This document shows, piece after piece, positions 19,923 through 28,732 of a DNA stretch of 64,000 nucleotides. This DNA comes from Myxococcota bacterium. Its GTDB lineage: Bacteria > Myxococcota_A > UBA9160 > SZUA-336. The position numbers and the translations under genes are program-made. The stretch lies in contig JBHHYV010000004.1 of assembly GCA_046757685.1 (NCBI GenBank), positions 1,403 to 65,402 on the forward strand, written 5' to 3'. The stretch's first letter is position 1, and each line of letters begins with the position of its first letter. The notes below the pieces were generated by a model, which was not told the origin of the DNA, searched no databases, and saw only the letters and a list, made by a program, of their open reading frames with translations.

Positions 19923-20999
19923 TCACCCCTGGAGCGGCGCTTCTCGTGTGGGCGTGATCGCCTCCATGGCGTAGACGGGAACGCCCTCGGCCGCCAGGGT
20001 GAAGAAGTCGGGGCCGAAGGGATCGCGGCCCCGGATCGGCATGGACCCCCGACGGATCGTCCAGTCCCGAGGCGCCAGCTCGTCGGCACGCTCGAAGTGA
20101 GGGCGGGCAGACTCTTCGAGGCCCCGCTGGTGCAGCTGCCAGGCCAGCATCCACTCCGCTCGCGCGTGCTCGGAGTCTGCGGTGGGGACGGGCATGTGGC
20201 GACGAACCTCGTCCTCGTCGAGCGCCCCCACGCCCTCCTTCACCCAGGCGCGGATCATGTTCAGGTAGGGCTCGGAGCGCTTGCCATGGAACGGCGTGAA
20301 GGTGTCGGTGCCGAACTGCGCGTCGTGCGGTCGACAGATCCGGCCACGCTCGTCGATCCACAGGAGGGTCGGAACGTTGGTGATGTGAAAGAGCGCAGCG
20401 ACCCGGTGGTGGGTGTCGACGACACTGGGATGCGTAGGCTGCGCGGCCTCGATGAAGGGTCGCGCGTCGTCCGCCGAGCGGTCGAGTGCAACGGCGAAAG
20501 GAACGAAGCCCTGCTCGCCCAGCTCCTCGTAGAGCGCCTGCCAGACCGGCAGGTCCTCACGGCAGCCTCACCAGGACGCGTAGACGATGAGCAGGACCTT
20601 GCGGCCCCGGTGCTCGGACAGCGTCTGCATGTGCCCCGACAGGTCGGGGAGACTGAAGTCTGGAGCGATGCCCGCCGCCAGACCCCGTGCGCGGTCGAGT
20701 GCCCGCGCCCCCAGCACGGCCATCCCTTCGGAGGCCTCGAGCGCCAGCGGCTGCCCGGCAAGCTCGGCCAGGACCTCCAGATCGACGCCTCGCGCCGTCA
20801 GGAGGCGGTCCGGGCTCGAGACCGGGATGCAGACGCGTCCGCGGCAAAGGCCCTCGGGCTTGAGCTCCCATCCCAGACCGTCGCGAACGCTCTCACGCGT
20901 GAGGACGACGCGACCTCCGTGGATCTCCCCCTCGAGAGCCCTGGGAGTGGCATCGTCGAAGACCGTGAACTCTCGCATCGCGGGCGCACTCGGACTCAT
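19923..20999 (-). CDS. Selenocysteine-containing redoxin (ResA/TlpA-like thioredoxin fold, ASW-U-GC motif), ~358 aa
   Basis: ORFs 20568..21122 and 19923..20258 share a frame, separated only by one TGA (20570-20568). Read-through gives APDFSLPDLSG..LSEHRGRKVLLIVYASW-U-GCREDLPVWQALYEE..FAVALD..TNVPTLLWIDERGRICRP. A SECIS-like hairpin follows the UGA. Confidence 0.9.
20532..20558 (-). promoter_or_regulatory. Bacterial SECIS element
   Basis: mRNA after UGA: GGCUGCCGU-GAG-GA-CCUGCC-GGUCU-GGCAGG-CG-CUC. Perfect 6-bp upper stem with a GGUCU apex, as in the E. coli fdhF SECIS, with the apical G's at +24/+25 counting the U of UGA as +1. Confidence 0.85.
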
Positions 21000-21256
21000 G
21001 GAGGGCTCCTCGATCCGTCCGTCGCCGATGCTAGCACGCGACCGGGGCTCTCCCGCGACGGCGCCCGGATGGAGGATCCCGTGCAGGGGAGCCTCCCGCG
21101 CGACAGAGCCCCAGAAGGACACAGGCTCCGATCGCCGGGACCTCAGAGCGGATCGAGTTCGGAGGCTCGCCGGGCCCTGGGCCCACCTCTCCCTGCCGGC
21201 GAGTCCCGGGCGCGGCTGGCCGCCGCCCCGGGATTTCCGCCGGAGGCTCGCCGGGG

Positions 21257-21601
21257 CTAGTCGTCGGACCCGCTGGACTTCGACGACTTGCTCGACTTCG
21301 ACGACTTGCTCGACTTCGATGACTTGCTCGACTTCGACGACTTGCTCGACTTCCCCGCTGCGGGGGATGCGGGCACCGCCGGCCCGCTCCCGAGCCCGTC
21401 TCCCGGAACCGAGGTCATCGCGCCTCCGCCCGAGCCCCCGCCGGAGGGCACCGGGACCGTCTGGCCCGTGATCTCGTTCGAGATCACGATCGGCTGTCGG
21501 CCGGTCATGTAGCCCTGTGCAGACGCCGTGGGCGCAGCAAGTAGCAGGCCCAGGCAGGCGAAAATACCGAGACTCAGGACACCGTATCGCATTCTCTTCA
21601 T
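21257..21601 (-). CDS. Small secreted protein with Gly-rich linker and (SSK)n tail
   Basis: RBS AAGGAG; Sec signal MKRMRYGVLSLGIFACLGLLLAAPTASA|Q; C-terminus GKSSKSSKSSKSSKSSKSSKSSKSSGSDD. Confidence 0.8.
   Translation of the reverse strand: MKRMRYGVLSLGIFACLGLLLAAPTASAQGYMTGRQPIVISNEITGQTVPVPSGGGSGGGAMTSVPGDGLGSGPAVPASPAAGKSSKSSKSSKSSKSSKSSKSSKSSKSSGSDD
21276..21352. repeat. Coding tandem repeat, 18-bp unit GACTTCGACGACTTGCTC x4.3 (9-bp sub-period)
   Basis: Read directly; one unit has CGAT instead of CGAC. Encodes Lys-Ser-Ser on the minus strand. Confidence 0.95.
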
Positions 21602-21706
21602 TGAGGGGGCTCCTTCTCTGGCGTCATCGCGCCGTCAGCTCTCCGGAGCCCTCATCGGTCATCGGTGCCCACTTCTTGAATCTCCCGCCACTCCCGGAGC
21701 CGCGAG

Positions 21707-22630
21707 CTAGCTGCCGGTGCCCGAGGGTCCGACGCGCGAGGCCGGGTCGATCCAGAGCCGCCCCCCGCGATAGCTCAGCACCAACCGGCCCCTGGAATCG
21801 AACACCAGCGACGAGCGATGGCCCGCGCGGGCCAGGCTGTCCGCCAGCGAGCGCGCCGCGTTCCGCCGCCGATCGGCATCCAGGTCGGACCAGCTCGGAG
21901 CCAGGGTCCCGAAGAACATCTCTCCCTCCTGCCCGACGTAGGCGGCGGCAAGCTGGGGCGAGAGCGCCCGCAGCTCGACCGGACCCAGCTCGCGGATGTC
22001 GGACGGAGCCGGCTGCAGGAACGCCAGGCCGGCGACCAGTCCCACCACACCGACGACGAATCCAAACGCCCTCCAGGCGGGTCCAACGACGCGCCGTGAC
22101 CTCCTGTGTCCGGGGTTCGACTGGGGACGGCCGGGCTGCAGGCCGGATGGGACGGGTGGGGAGGCGATCGGACACGGCGGAAGCTCCCCCGGCGCACCGC
22201 CCAGGAGCCGCTCCAGGCTCGTGCGAGTCGACGCGAGCTCCGTCGCCCGAGCGAACTCTCCGGCGCCGACACACTCCCGACTCAGCCGGCCCAGCCGCGC
22301 GCTGATCTCTTCCGGCCAGCGGCCGGCCGGGTCCGCGCTGCGAGCCAGCTCGGCCATCGGTGACGCGGGATCCCGGCGCGCCTCCGAGATGGAAGCGGCG
22401 ACGGCCAGGGCGGCCGCGAGCGCGCGCTCGGTCTCGTCGGCCGAAGGGTGAGCGAGCGCGCGCTCCTCCCACGCCCGAAGGCGCCAGGGCACGCAGCGCT
22501 GGGACGGACCTGCCTTGGGGCCGCCCGACTTCGTGCCGCTCGTGGGCCCCGGGATCCGGCGGATCATCTCGGCGAGGACGGGATCGTCGAGCCGCGGGGG
22601 GGCCTCGCGATCCGGGCTCTCGTCACTCAC
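21707..22630 (-). CDS. Hypothetical bitopic membrane protein
   Basis: 307-aa ORF with one TM segment (AFGFVVGVVGLVAGLAFL). Starts 14 nt after the pilin stop. Confidence 0.6.
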   Translation of the reverse strand: MSDESPDREAPPRLDDPVLAEMIRRIPGPTSGTKSGGPKAGPSQRCVPWRLRAWEERALAHPSADETERALAAALAVAASISEARRDPASPMAELARSADPAGRWPEEISARLGRLSRECVGAGEFARATELASTRTSLERLLGGAPGELPPCPIASPPVPSGLQPGRPQSNPGHRRSRRVVGPAWRAFGFVVGVVGLVAGLAFLQPAPSDIRELGPVELRALSPQLAAAYVGQEGEMFFGTLAPSWSDLDADRRRNAARSLADSLARAGHRSSLVFDSRGRLVLSYRGGRLWIDPASRVGPSGTGS

Positions 22631-22644
22631 GAGGGCACCCCTCT

Positions 22645-23049
22645 CTACTTTCCCACGACCAGGATGTCTCGCACCGGGCTTCCTGGATCGATGTCCCCGT
22701 TCGCGACGGCCTGGAAGTTCGCAGCCCCGTTGAGGGTGGCGAGCGAGTAGGTGTAGTAGGGGCCCTGGATCGTGGATGGATCGACCCGAACTCCTCCCAG
22801 CAGATCGAAGCCCAGGTCATCGAAGGTGCTGGCAAAGCGCCCGTTGCTCGCGAAGTACTCGGTCTCGGAGTCGTAGATCGCCACCAGGGCGGTATAGGCC
22901 TCCGATCGCTTCGAGCGCGCCACGAACTGCCTGAATCCGGGAACCGCGAGACCGGCAAGGATCCCGAGAATCGCGATCACGATCACGAGCTCGACGAGCG
23001 TAAAGCCCGAGCGTCCCGATGCCGGGTTCTCTTGCGGCGCAGGGCCCAC
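22645..23049 (-). CDS. Type IV pilin (prepilin with class III signal)
   Basis: G|FTLVELVIVIAILGILAGLAVPGF with Glu at +5, then RSKRSEA; RBS GGGGAG. Confidence 0.92.
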   Translation of the reverse strand: MGPAPQENPASGRSGFTLVELVIVIAILGILAGLAVPGFRQFVARSKRSEAYTALVAIYDSETEYFASNGRFASTFDDLGFDLLGGVRVDPSTIQGPYYTYSLATLNGAANFQAVANGDIDPGSPVRDILVVGK

Positions 23050-23242
23050 GGAATCTCCCCGAGTCAGGTACCCGAGGTCCTCTTCGAGGTTCCGCCGCCT
23101 CTACTTGACTTCCGGTCGAGGAGCCGAACGCAGAGCCCGGGCGGGGGTCCGAGGCCCGGGCCCCGCGCCCAAGCCGAAGTGGCCGATCGCCGATGAGGGA
23201 CCGGAGGGGCTTGGCCGGACCCATCCCAGCGAGGAACCCGCC

Positions 23243-24058
23243 ATGGAGCAAGCACCCAGGGACCAGCTCGCGCCTCTCCAGCTCTGCCCGACCGCCGTCC
23301 CGCGCGTACTGGCCGGCGTGTCGATCGGCCTCGTGCTCGCGCACGTCGCCATCCAGACCTTCCACTACCGGGTGCACGAGCTCCCGTGGCTCTTCACGTC
23401 GCTCTTCGACGTCGACGAGGAGCAGAGCTTTCCGACCTGGTTCTCCTCGGTCCTGCTCGCGATCGCCGGAGTCCTGCTGCTCGCCAGCGCCCGGGTCGCA
23501 GAGTCCCGCCACGATCGCTTCTCGAGCCACTGGTATGGGCTGGCCTTCGGCTTCGCTCTCCTCTCGATCGACGAGGTCGCGGGCCTGCACGAGACCCTGA
23601 ACGCCCTGACCGATGCGTCGTGGACGGGTCCCGCTGCCCTGGGCGTCGGGGTGGTCGGCCTCGTGTACCTGCCCTTCCTGTGCGCGCTGCCAAGCCGGAC
23701 CCGATGGGCCCTGATGGCCGCGGGCATGGTCTATCTGGGCGGAGCCCTGGGTGTGGAGCGGCTCTCCGACTTCTGGGTCGATGCCTACGACATGGACAAC
23801 CTCGGCTACCAGGTCTGGACGGCGGCTGAGGAGGGCCTGGAGATGATCGGCGTCGTCTGGGGAATCCGCGCGATCCTCGTCCATCTCGCGCAGACCCTCC
23901 CCCGGCGCGTCTCGCTGGTGCAGCTGGGAGGCCCCTCGCCCACCAGGGCGGCCGAGCGATGCGACCCGAGATCGGGAGCCGACGCCAGGCCGGGCGGAGA
24001 CTGGGAGGCGGAAACGGTCCCCCGACTACCGGACGGATCTCCCGCGCCGCGCTTGTGA
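23243..24058 (+). CDS. Hypothetical polytopic membrane protein
   Basis: About 6 TM segments; motifs FDVDEEQSFPTWFSS, LSIDEVAGLHE, EEGLEMIG. Confidence 0.75.
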   Translation: MEQAPRDQLAPLQLCPTAVPRVLAGVSIGLVLAHVAIQTFHYRVHELPWLFTSLFDVDEEQSFPTWFSSVLLAIAGVLLLASARVAESRHDRFSSHWYGLAFGFALLSIDEVAGLHETLNALTDASWTGPAALGVGVVGLVYLPFLCALPSRTRWALMAAGMVYLGGALGVERLSDFWVDAYDMDNLGYQVWTAAEEGLEMIGVVWGIRAILVHLAQTLPRRVSLVQLGGPSPTRAAERCDPRSGADARPGGDWEAETVPRLPDGSPAPRL

Positions 24059-24089
24059 CCTCTGCGCGAGCGCGTACCCTCGGCTCGCC

Positions 24090-24782
24090 ATGGAGCGGCC
24101 GGACGCCCCGATCCTGATCGTCGATGACGAGCCCGACATCCTGGAGCTGGTCGGGTTCCACCTCGAGGAGGCGGGCTTCCGGGTCGCGACTGCCTCGACG
24201 GGAACCGCCGCTCTCGATGCGCTCCGGAGCGGCCCGCCGTCGTTGGTCGTGCTCGACCTGATGCTGCCCGACCTCTCGGGAGCCGAGATCCTGCGGTCGC
24301 TGCGCGCCGGCAGGTACGGTTCCCGCGAGATCCCGATCATCGTGCTGACGGCACGCTCGGGCGAGGTCGATCGGGTGGTCGGCTTCGAGCGGGGCGCCGA
24401 TGACTATGTGACCAAGCCCTTCAGCCCGCGCGAGCTCGTGCTGCGGGTCGAGGCCCTGCTGCGCCGGGCGCGCGGGCCGATCGAGGAACGCGCCGCGATC
24501 CTGGAACGGGGATCGATCCAGATGGACCGAGAGCGGCACCGCTGCCAGGTGGAAGGCAGGGACCTGGCGCTCACGAGCAAGGAGTTCGAGCTCCTCGCGG
24601 CGCTCCTGGAAGCCCCCGGGCGGGTCTTCTCGCGCGAGCACCTGCTGCAGCGGGTGTGGGGGGGCTCGATCCACGTGGGTCCGCGTACGATCGACACGCA
24701 CCTGAGGAGGCTCCGGGCAAAGCTGGGTCCAGCCGGCCGGCGAATCGAGACGGTTCGCGGCGTCGGCTACCGGCTGGGCTGA
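24090..24782 (+). CDS. phoB: OmpR/PhoB-family response regulator (PhoB)
   Basis: IVDDE, LDLMLP, GADDYVTKPFSPREL, RTIDTHLRRLRAKL, ETVRGVGY; lies upstream of the pst operon. Confidence 0.9.
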   Translation: MERPDAPILIVDDEPDILELVGFHLEEAGFRVATASTGTAALDALRSGPPSLVVLDLMLPDLSGAEILRSLRAGRYGSREIPIIVLTARSGEVDRVVGFERGADDYVTKPFSPRELVLRVEALLRRARGPIEERAAILERGSIQMDRERHRCQVEGRDLALTSKEFELLAALLEAPGRVFSREHLLQRVWGGSIHVGPRTIDTHLRRLRAKLGPAGRRIETVRGVGYRLG

Positions 24783-24786
24783 GGCC

Positions 24787-25974
24787 GTGCTCCCGGTCTG
24801 GGTCGTCCCCGGCCTGGCGGTCGTCGCGATCGGCGCTCTGGCAGCGGCGCTGCTGGCGACGATTCGCCGGCTCGCGCGGGAAAGGACGCTGCGCGCGTCG
24901 GAGGGCGCTCGGCTTCGAGAGCAGCTGGAGCATGCGAGCCGCGAGAGGATCCGCTGGCGCTCGATCTTCGACGCGATCCCGGTGGGTCTCGTGGCGCTGG
25001 ATTCGAGCGCACGGGTCACGTGGGTCAACCTCGCGGCTCGGGAGCTGCTCGCCCTCGAGGGCGAGCCGGGCGGGCGCCCCGTGCTCGAGATCGCCCGCAG
25101 CGCCGAGATCGAGGCGGCCGTCCGCAGCGCCCAGCAGCACGGGCAGGCCCAGGCCGAGCTGCGGATCGGCGCCAGCGAGCGACTCCTGGAGTTCCTCTGC
25201 GTGGCCTATCCCGCCGAGCAGGAAGAGACACGCCGCGCGGCGGGTACGGTCGGAGTCCTTCGCGACGTATCGGCGGAGCGCAGGCTGGAGCGCGTTCGGC
25301 GCGACTTCGTGGCCAACGTCTCGCACGAGTTTCGCACGCCGCTCACCGCGATCCGCGGCTTCGCGGAGACGCTCGAGGACCCTGCGGTTGCCGAGGCACG
25401 CCGAGCCCGATTTGCTGCGACCATCGTGCGGCACGCCCGTCGTCTCGAGCAGCTGGTCGAGGACCTGCTGACGCTCTCCGAGATCGAGGCCGGGAAGCGC
25501 CCACTCGAGCTGCGAGAGGTCGATCTCTCGAGTCTGGCCATGGAGACCATCGCCCGGTCCAGGTCGCGCTTCGAGTCCGCCTGCGTCGCGATCGAGCTGC
25601 TCCCGGGGCAGGGAGCGCCCCCGGCCCGCGCGGACCCGCGGGCGCTCGAGCTCGCACTCGAGAACCTGCTCGACAACGCGCTCAAGTACACGCCCGAAGG
25701 GGGCTCCGTCGAGGTCGCCGTGCGAGCCGAGGGGGCGGAGATCGCTCTCTCGGTACGCGATACGGGAATCGGGATTCCCGCGCGCGACCTGCCCCGGATC
25801 TTCGAGCGCTTCTACCGGGTCGATCGATCGCGGAGCCGGGCGCCCGGCGCAGGGGGCTCGGGAATCGGTCTGGCGCTCGTCAAGCACCTGGTCGAGCTGC
25901 AAGACGGACGCGTGACGGCACAGAGCGAGCGGGAGCACGGCTCCACCTTCACGATCCACCTTCCCCGGGCCTGA
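24787..25974 (+). CDS. phoR: Sensor histidine kinase PhoR (TM-PAS-HisKA-HATPase)
   Basis: RRDFVANVSHEFRTPLTAIRGFAETL, NLLDNALKYT, DTGIGI, FERFYRVDRSRSR, GIGLALVKH. Confidence 0.9.
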   Translation: MLPVWVVPGLAVVAIGALAAALLATIRRLARERTLRASEGARLREQLEHASRERIRWRSIFDAIPVGLVALDSSARVTWVNLAARELLALEGEPGGRPVLEIARSAEIEAAVRSAQQHGQAQAELRIGASERLLEFLCVAYPAEQEETRRAAGTVGVLRDVSAERRLERVRRDFVANVSHEFRTPLTAIRGFAETLEDPAVAEARRARFAATIVRHARRLEQLVEDLLTLSEIEAGKRPLELREVDLSSLAMETIARSRSRFESACVAIELLPGQGAPPARADPRALELALENLLDNALKYTPEGGSVEVAVRAEGAEIALSVRDTGIGIPARDLPRIFERFYRVDRSRSRAPGAGGSGIGLALVKHLVELQDGRVTAQSEREHGSTFTIHLPRA

Positions 25975-26001
25975 TTCAGCGTCGGCACATCCGCGGAAGG
26001 A

Positions 26002-26043
26002 TCGTCACCGAACCGTCACACGACTGCCACCGTTCCGCGACAT
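26002..26043 (+). promoter_or_regulatory. PHO box: four direct repeats at exact 11-bp spacing
   Basis: GTCAC 26004, GTCAC 26015, GCCAC 26026 and GCGAC 26037, between phoR and the porin. Matches the PhoB CTGTCAT-N4 architecture. Confidence 0.8.
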
Positions 26044-26205
26044 CCCGCTGGAAGACTCCGCCGCATCCAAACGAGAGGAGGACTTCGGATGCGATGTTTC
26101 CACGCGGCGGGGGCTGCACCCCCGCGCAATCCGTCGGCAGACGGCGTTCGCTTCGCGATGGGCGGTCCGAGGAGACGCCGGGTCCAGGCGCGGAAGGCAG
26201 GATCC

Positions 26206-27552
26206 ATGCGCCTCTTCGCCACGCTACTGATCCTCACGGCGTTCGGCACGTCGCTCGCGGCGGCGGTCGCCCGGGCAGGCGAGAAGAGCGTCGCGGAGGA
26301 GATCCTCGACATCCTTCGCGCAAGCCACCAGATCGACCAGCGCCAGTACGAGGATCTTCTCGAGAAGGCCCGCTCCGAGCGGACCGGCGCCCAGGCAGCG
26401 CCGCAGGACCCCCGGACCTTCCGGGTCTACTGGAAGAACGGGATCCGCCTGGACACCCGCGACGGGGCCTTCAAGCTCAAGATCGGTGGGCGGCTCCAGA
26501 ACGACTGGGCGGTCTTCCAGGAGGACTCCGGCGTCGGGCGGAGCATCGGCCAGCTTGGCAACGGAACCGAGTTCCGGCGCGCTCGCCTCTACGTGGCGGG
26601 GACCCTCTACGACCGCCTGAAGTTCAAGGCCCAGTACGACTTCGCGGGCGGCCAGACGAAGCTGAAGGATGCCTACATCGAGCTCACCAGGCTGCCGGGA
26701 GTCGGTCACCTCCGGGTGGGGCACTTCAAGGAGCCCTATGGCCTCGAGGAGCTGACGAGCAGCAAGTACCTCACGTTCCAGGAGCGATCGATCGGCAACT
26801 TCGCTCCCTCGCGCAACACGGGGATCATGATCTTCGACAGTGTCCTGGAGAAGCGGCTGACGTGGGCGGCGGGTGGCTTCTACGGGACGAATGATTTTGC
26901 GTCGAGCGACACGACCGAAGGAAACGACAAGCAATTCAACGCGACGGCCCGGCTGACGGCACTCCCCTGGTACCGGGACCAGGGAGCCAGGCTCCTCCAC
27001 CTGGGGCTGTCGTACTCGCACAAGTTCCGCACGAGGGACATGCTCCGGTTCCGAAAGCGGCCCGAGGCGCACCTTGCAGCCCATCGCCTGGTGGATACCG
27101 GGAATGTCCTGGTCGATGGCGCGGACCTCGTGACTCCCGAGGTCGCCCTCGTCTGGGGACCCTTCTCGATTCAGGCGGAGTACACGCGGATCTTCCTGGA
27201 CGCCGTGGGCATGAGGAACTCCGACTTCGAGGGCTACTACGTGCAGGCGAGCTACTTCCTCACGGGGGAGCACCGGCGCTACGCCCCGGCGCACGGCGCC
27301 TTCTCCCGCGTATCCCCGATCACCGACTTCACCCTCGGGGGAGGGCCGGGCGCCTGGGAGCTCGCCGTACGCTACTCGCGCATCGACCTCGACGACGCGG
27401 GGGTATCGGGCGGGAGGCTCGGGGACCTGGCGGTCGGGGTGAACTGGCACCTCAACCCGAACGTCCGCCTGATGCTCGACTACGTTCACTCACGCCTGGC
27501 ATCGACCGGAGACGTGAACCTCGCAGAGGGGCGCTTCCAGGTGGACTTCTAG
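26206..27552 (+). CDS. OprO/OprP-family phosphate-selective porin
   Basis: Signal peptide; IGGRLQND, EFRRARL, QYDFAG, KDAY, GHFKEPYGLEELTSS, GAWELAVRYS, GVNWHLN; C-terminal Phe (FQVDF). Confidence 0.92.
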   Translation: MRLFATLLILTAFGTSLAAAVARAGEKSVAEEILDILRASHQIDQRQYEDLLEKARSERTGAQAAPQDPRTFRVYWKNGIRLDTRDGAFKLKIGGRLQNDWAVFQEDSGVGRSIGQLGNGTEFRRARLYVAGTLYDRLKFKAQYDFAGGQTKLKDAYIELTRLPGVGHLRVGHFKEPYGLEELTSSKYLTFQERSIGNFAPSRNTGIMIFDSVLEKRLTWAAGGFYGTNDFASSDTTEGNDKQFNATARLTALPWYRDQGARLLHLGLSYSHKFRTRDMLRFRKRPEAHLAAHRLVDTGNVLVDGADLVTPEVALVWGPFSIQAEYTRIFLDAVGMRNSDFEGYYVQASYFLTGEHRRYAPAHGAFSRVSPITDFTLGGGPGAWELAVRYSRIDLDDAGVSGGRLGDLAVGVNWHLNPNVRLMLDYVHSRLASTGDVNLAEGRFQVDF

Positions 27553-27676
27553 GCCTCGGAAGCTCGAGCCAGGGCGCTACGAGCTTCGCGAGCCCGCGCC
27601 GAGCGCGAACTCGGGCAGACGGGATCCTCGAGGTCGTGCGAGTCCGGTCCGTCCGCCAGAAGAAGGATCTTCGAAG

Positions 27677-28732
27677 ATGAAAGTCATGATGAAGGCGTGG
27701 CTCGGGGCCGCCGTTCTTGCGGCTACCGCGGTGGCCGGTCCCGCGACCTCGCGCGCGGGATCCGCGATCACCGGAGCGGGGGCGACCTTCCCCTTCCCCA
27801 TCTACTCGAGCTGGGCGCACTCCTACAACCGGGAGACGGGCGTGCGCCTGAACTACCAGTCGATCGGCTCGGGTGGCGGCATCAAGCAGATCAAGGCCGG
27901 GACCGTGGACTTTGGAGCGTCCGATGCCCCGCTACGGGCCGATCTGCTCGAGCGGTTCGGGCTGATGCAGTTCCCCATGATCATGGGCGGAGTCGTACCG
28001 GTCGTTCACCTGCAGGGCGTCGAGGCCGGTCAGCTGAAGCTCACCGCTGCCAATCTTGCGGACCTCTACCTGGGCCACATCACGAAGTGGAACGATCCGC
28101 GCATCGTCGCGAACAACCCCCGTCTGACTCTGCCCGACCGAGCGGTGACTGTCGCGCACCGGGCCGATGGGTCGGGAACGACCTGGATCTTCACGAACTA
28201 CCTGTCCAAGGTCAGCCCGGAGTGGAAGCGTACGCTCGGCAACGCGAAGGCGGTGGCCTGGCCGGTCGGCATCGGAGGGAAGGGCAACGAAGGTGTCGCC
28301 GCGTTCGTCAAGAGACTGAGTGGATCGATCGGGTATGTGGAGTATGCCTACGCGATCCAGAACCACATGGCCTACGTGTCGCTCCAGAATCACGAGGGCC
28401 GGTTCGTCGCGCCGACCGCGGAGGGCTTCCAGTCGGCCGCCGCCGGCGCCGACTGGTCCCATGCCAAGGGCTACTACCTGGTGCTGACCGATCAGCCGGG
28501 AGCCGATTCCTGGCCGATTGCCGGTGCGTCGTTCATCCTCATGCACCGGGTCCAGACCGACCCCACCCAGGCCCGCGAAGTCCTGAAGTTCTTCGACTGG
28601 TGCTACCGCAACGGCGCGGAGGCCGCTCGCGCGCTCGACTACGTCGCCATGCCCGAGAGTGTCGTCGAGAGCATCCGGGCTACCTGGAGCAGCGTGTTGC
28701 GCGACAGGTCCGGGAACGCGCTCTGGCCGTGA
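27677..28732 (+). CDS. pstS: Phosphate ABC transporter substrate-binding protein
   Basis: ITGAGATFP, YQSIGSGGG, DFGASD, HRADGSGTT, GGKGNEGV. Confidence 0.97.
   Translation: MKVMMKAWLGAAVLAATAVAGPATSRAGSAITGAGATFPFPIYSSWAHSYNRETGVRLNYQSIGSGGGIKQIKAGTVDFGASDAPLRADLLERFGLMQFPMIMGGVVPVVHLQGVEAGQLKLTAANLADLYLGHITKWNDPRIVANNPRLTLPDRAVTVAHRADGSGTTWIFTNYLSKVSPEWKRTLGNAKAVAWPVGIGGKGNEGVAAFVKRLSGSIGYVEYAYAIQNHMAYVSLQNHEGRFVAPTAEGFQSAAAGADWSHAKGYYLVLTDQPGADSWPIAGASFILMHRVQTDPTQAREVLKFFDWCYRNGAEAARALDYVAMPESVVESIRATWSSVLRDRSGNALWP

Noticed and set aside
21276-21352. Tandem repeat as a possible CRISPR array or as the LDFDDL ORF on the + strand
   Set aside because: There are no spacers and no cas genes. 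The minus-strand frame has the RBS and signal peptide.
27555-27590. Stem GAAGCTCG/CGAGCTTC between the porin and pstS as a terminator or REP element
   Set aside because: There is no U-tract and no second copy in the window. At most it is an mRNA-stabilising hairpin.
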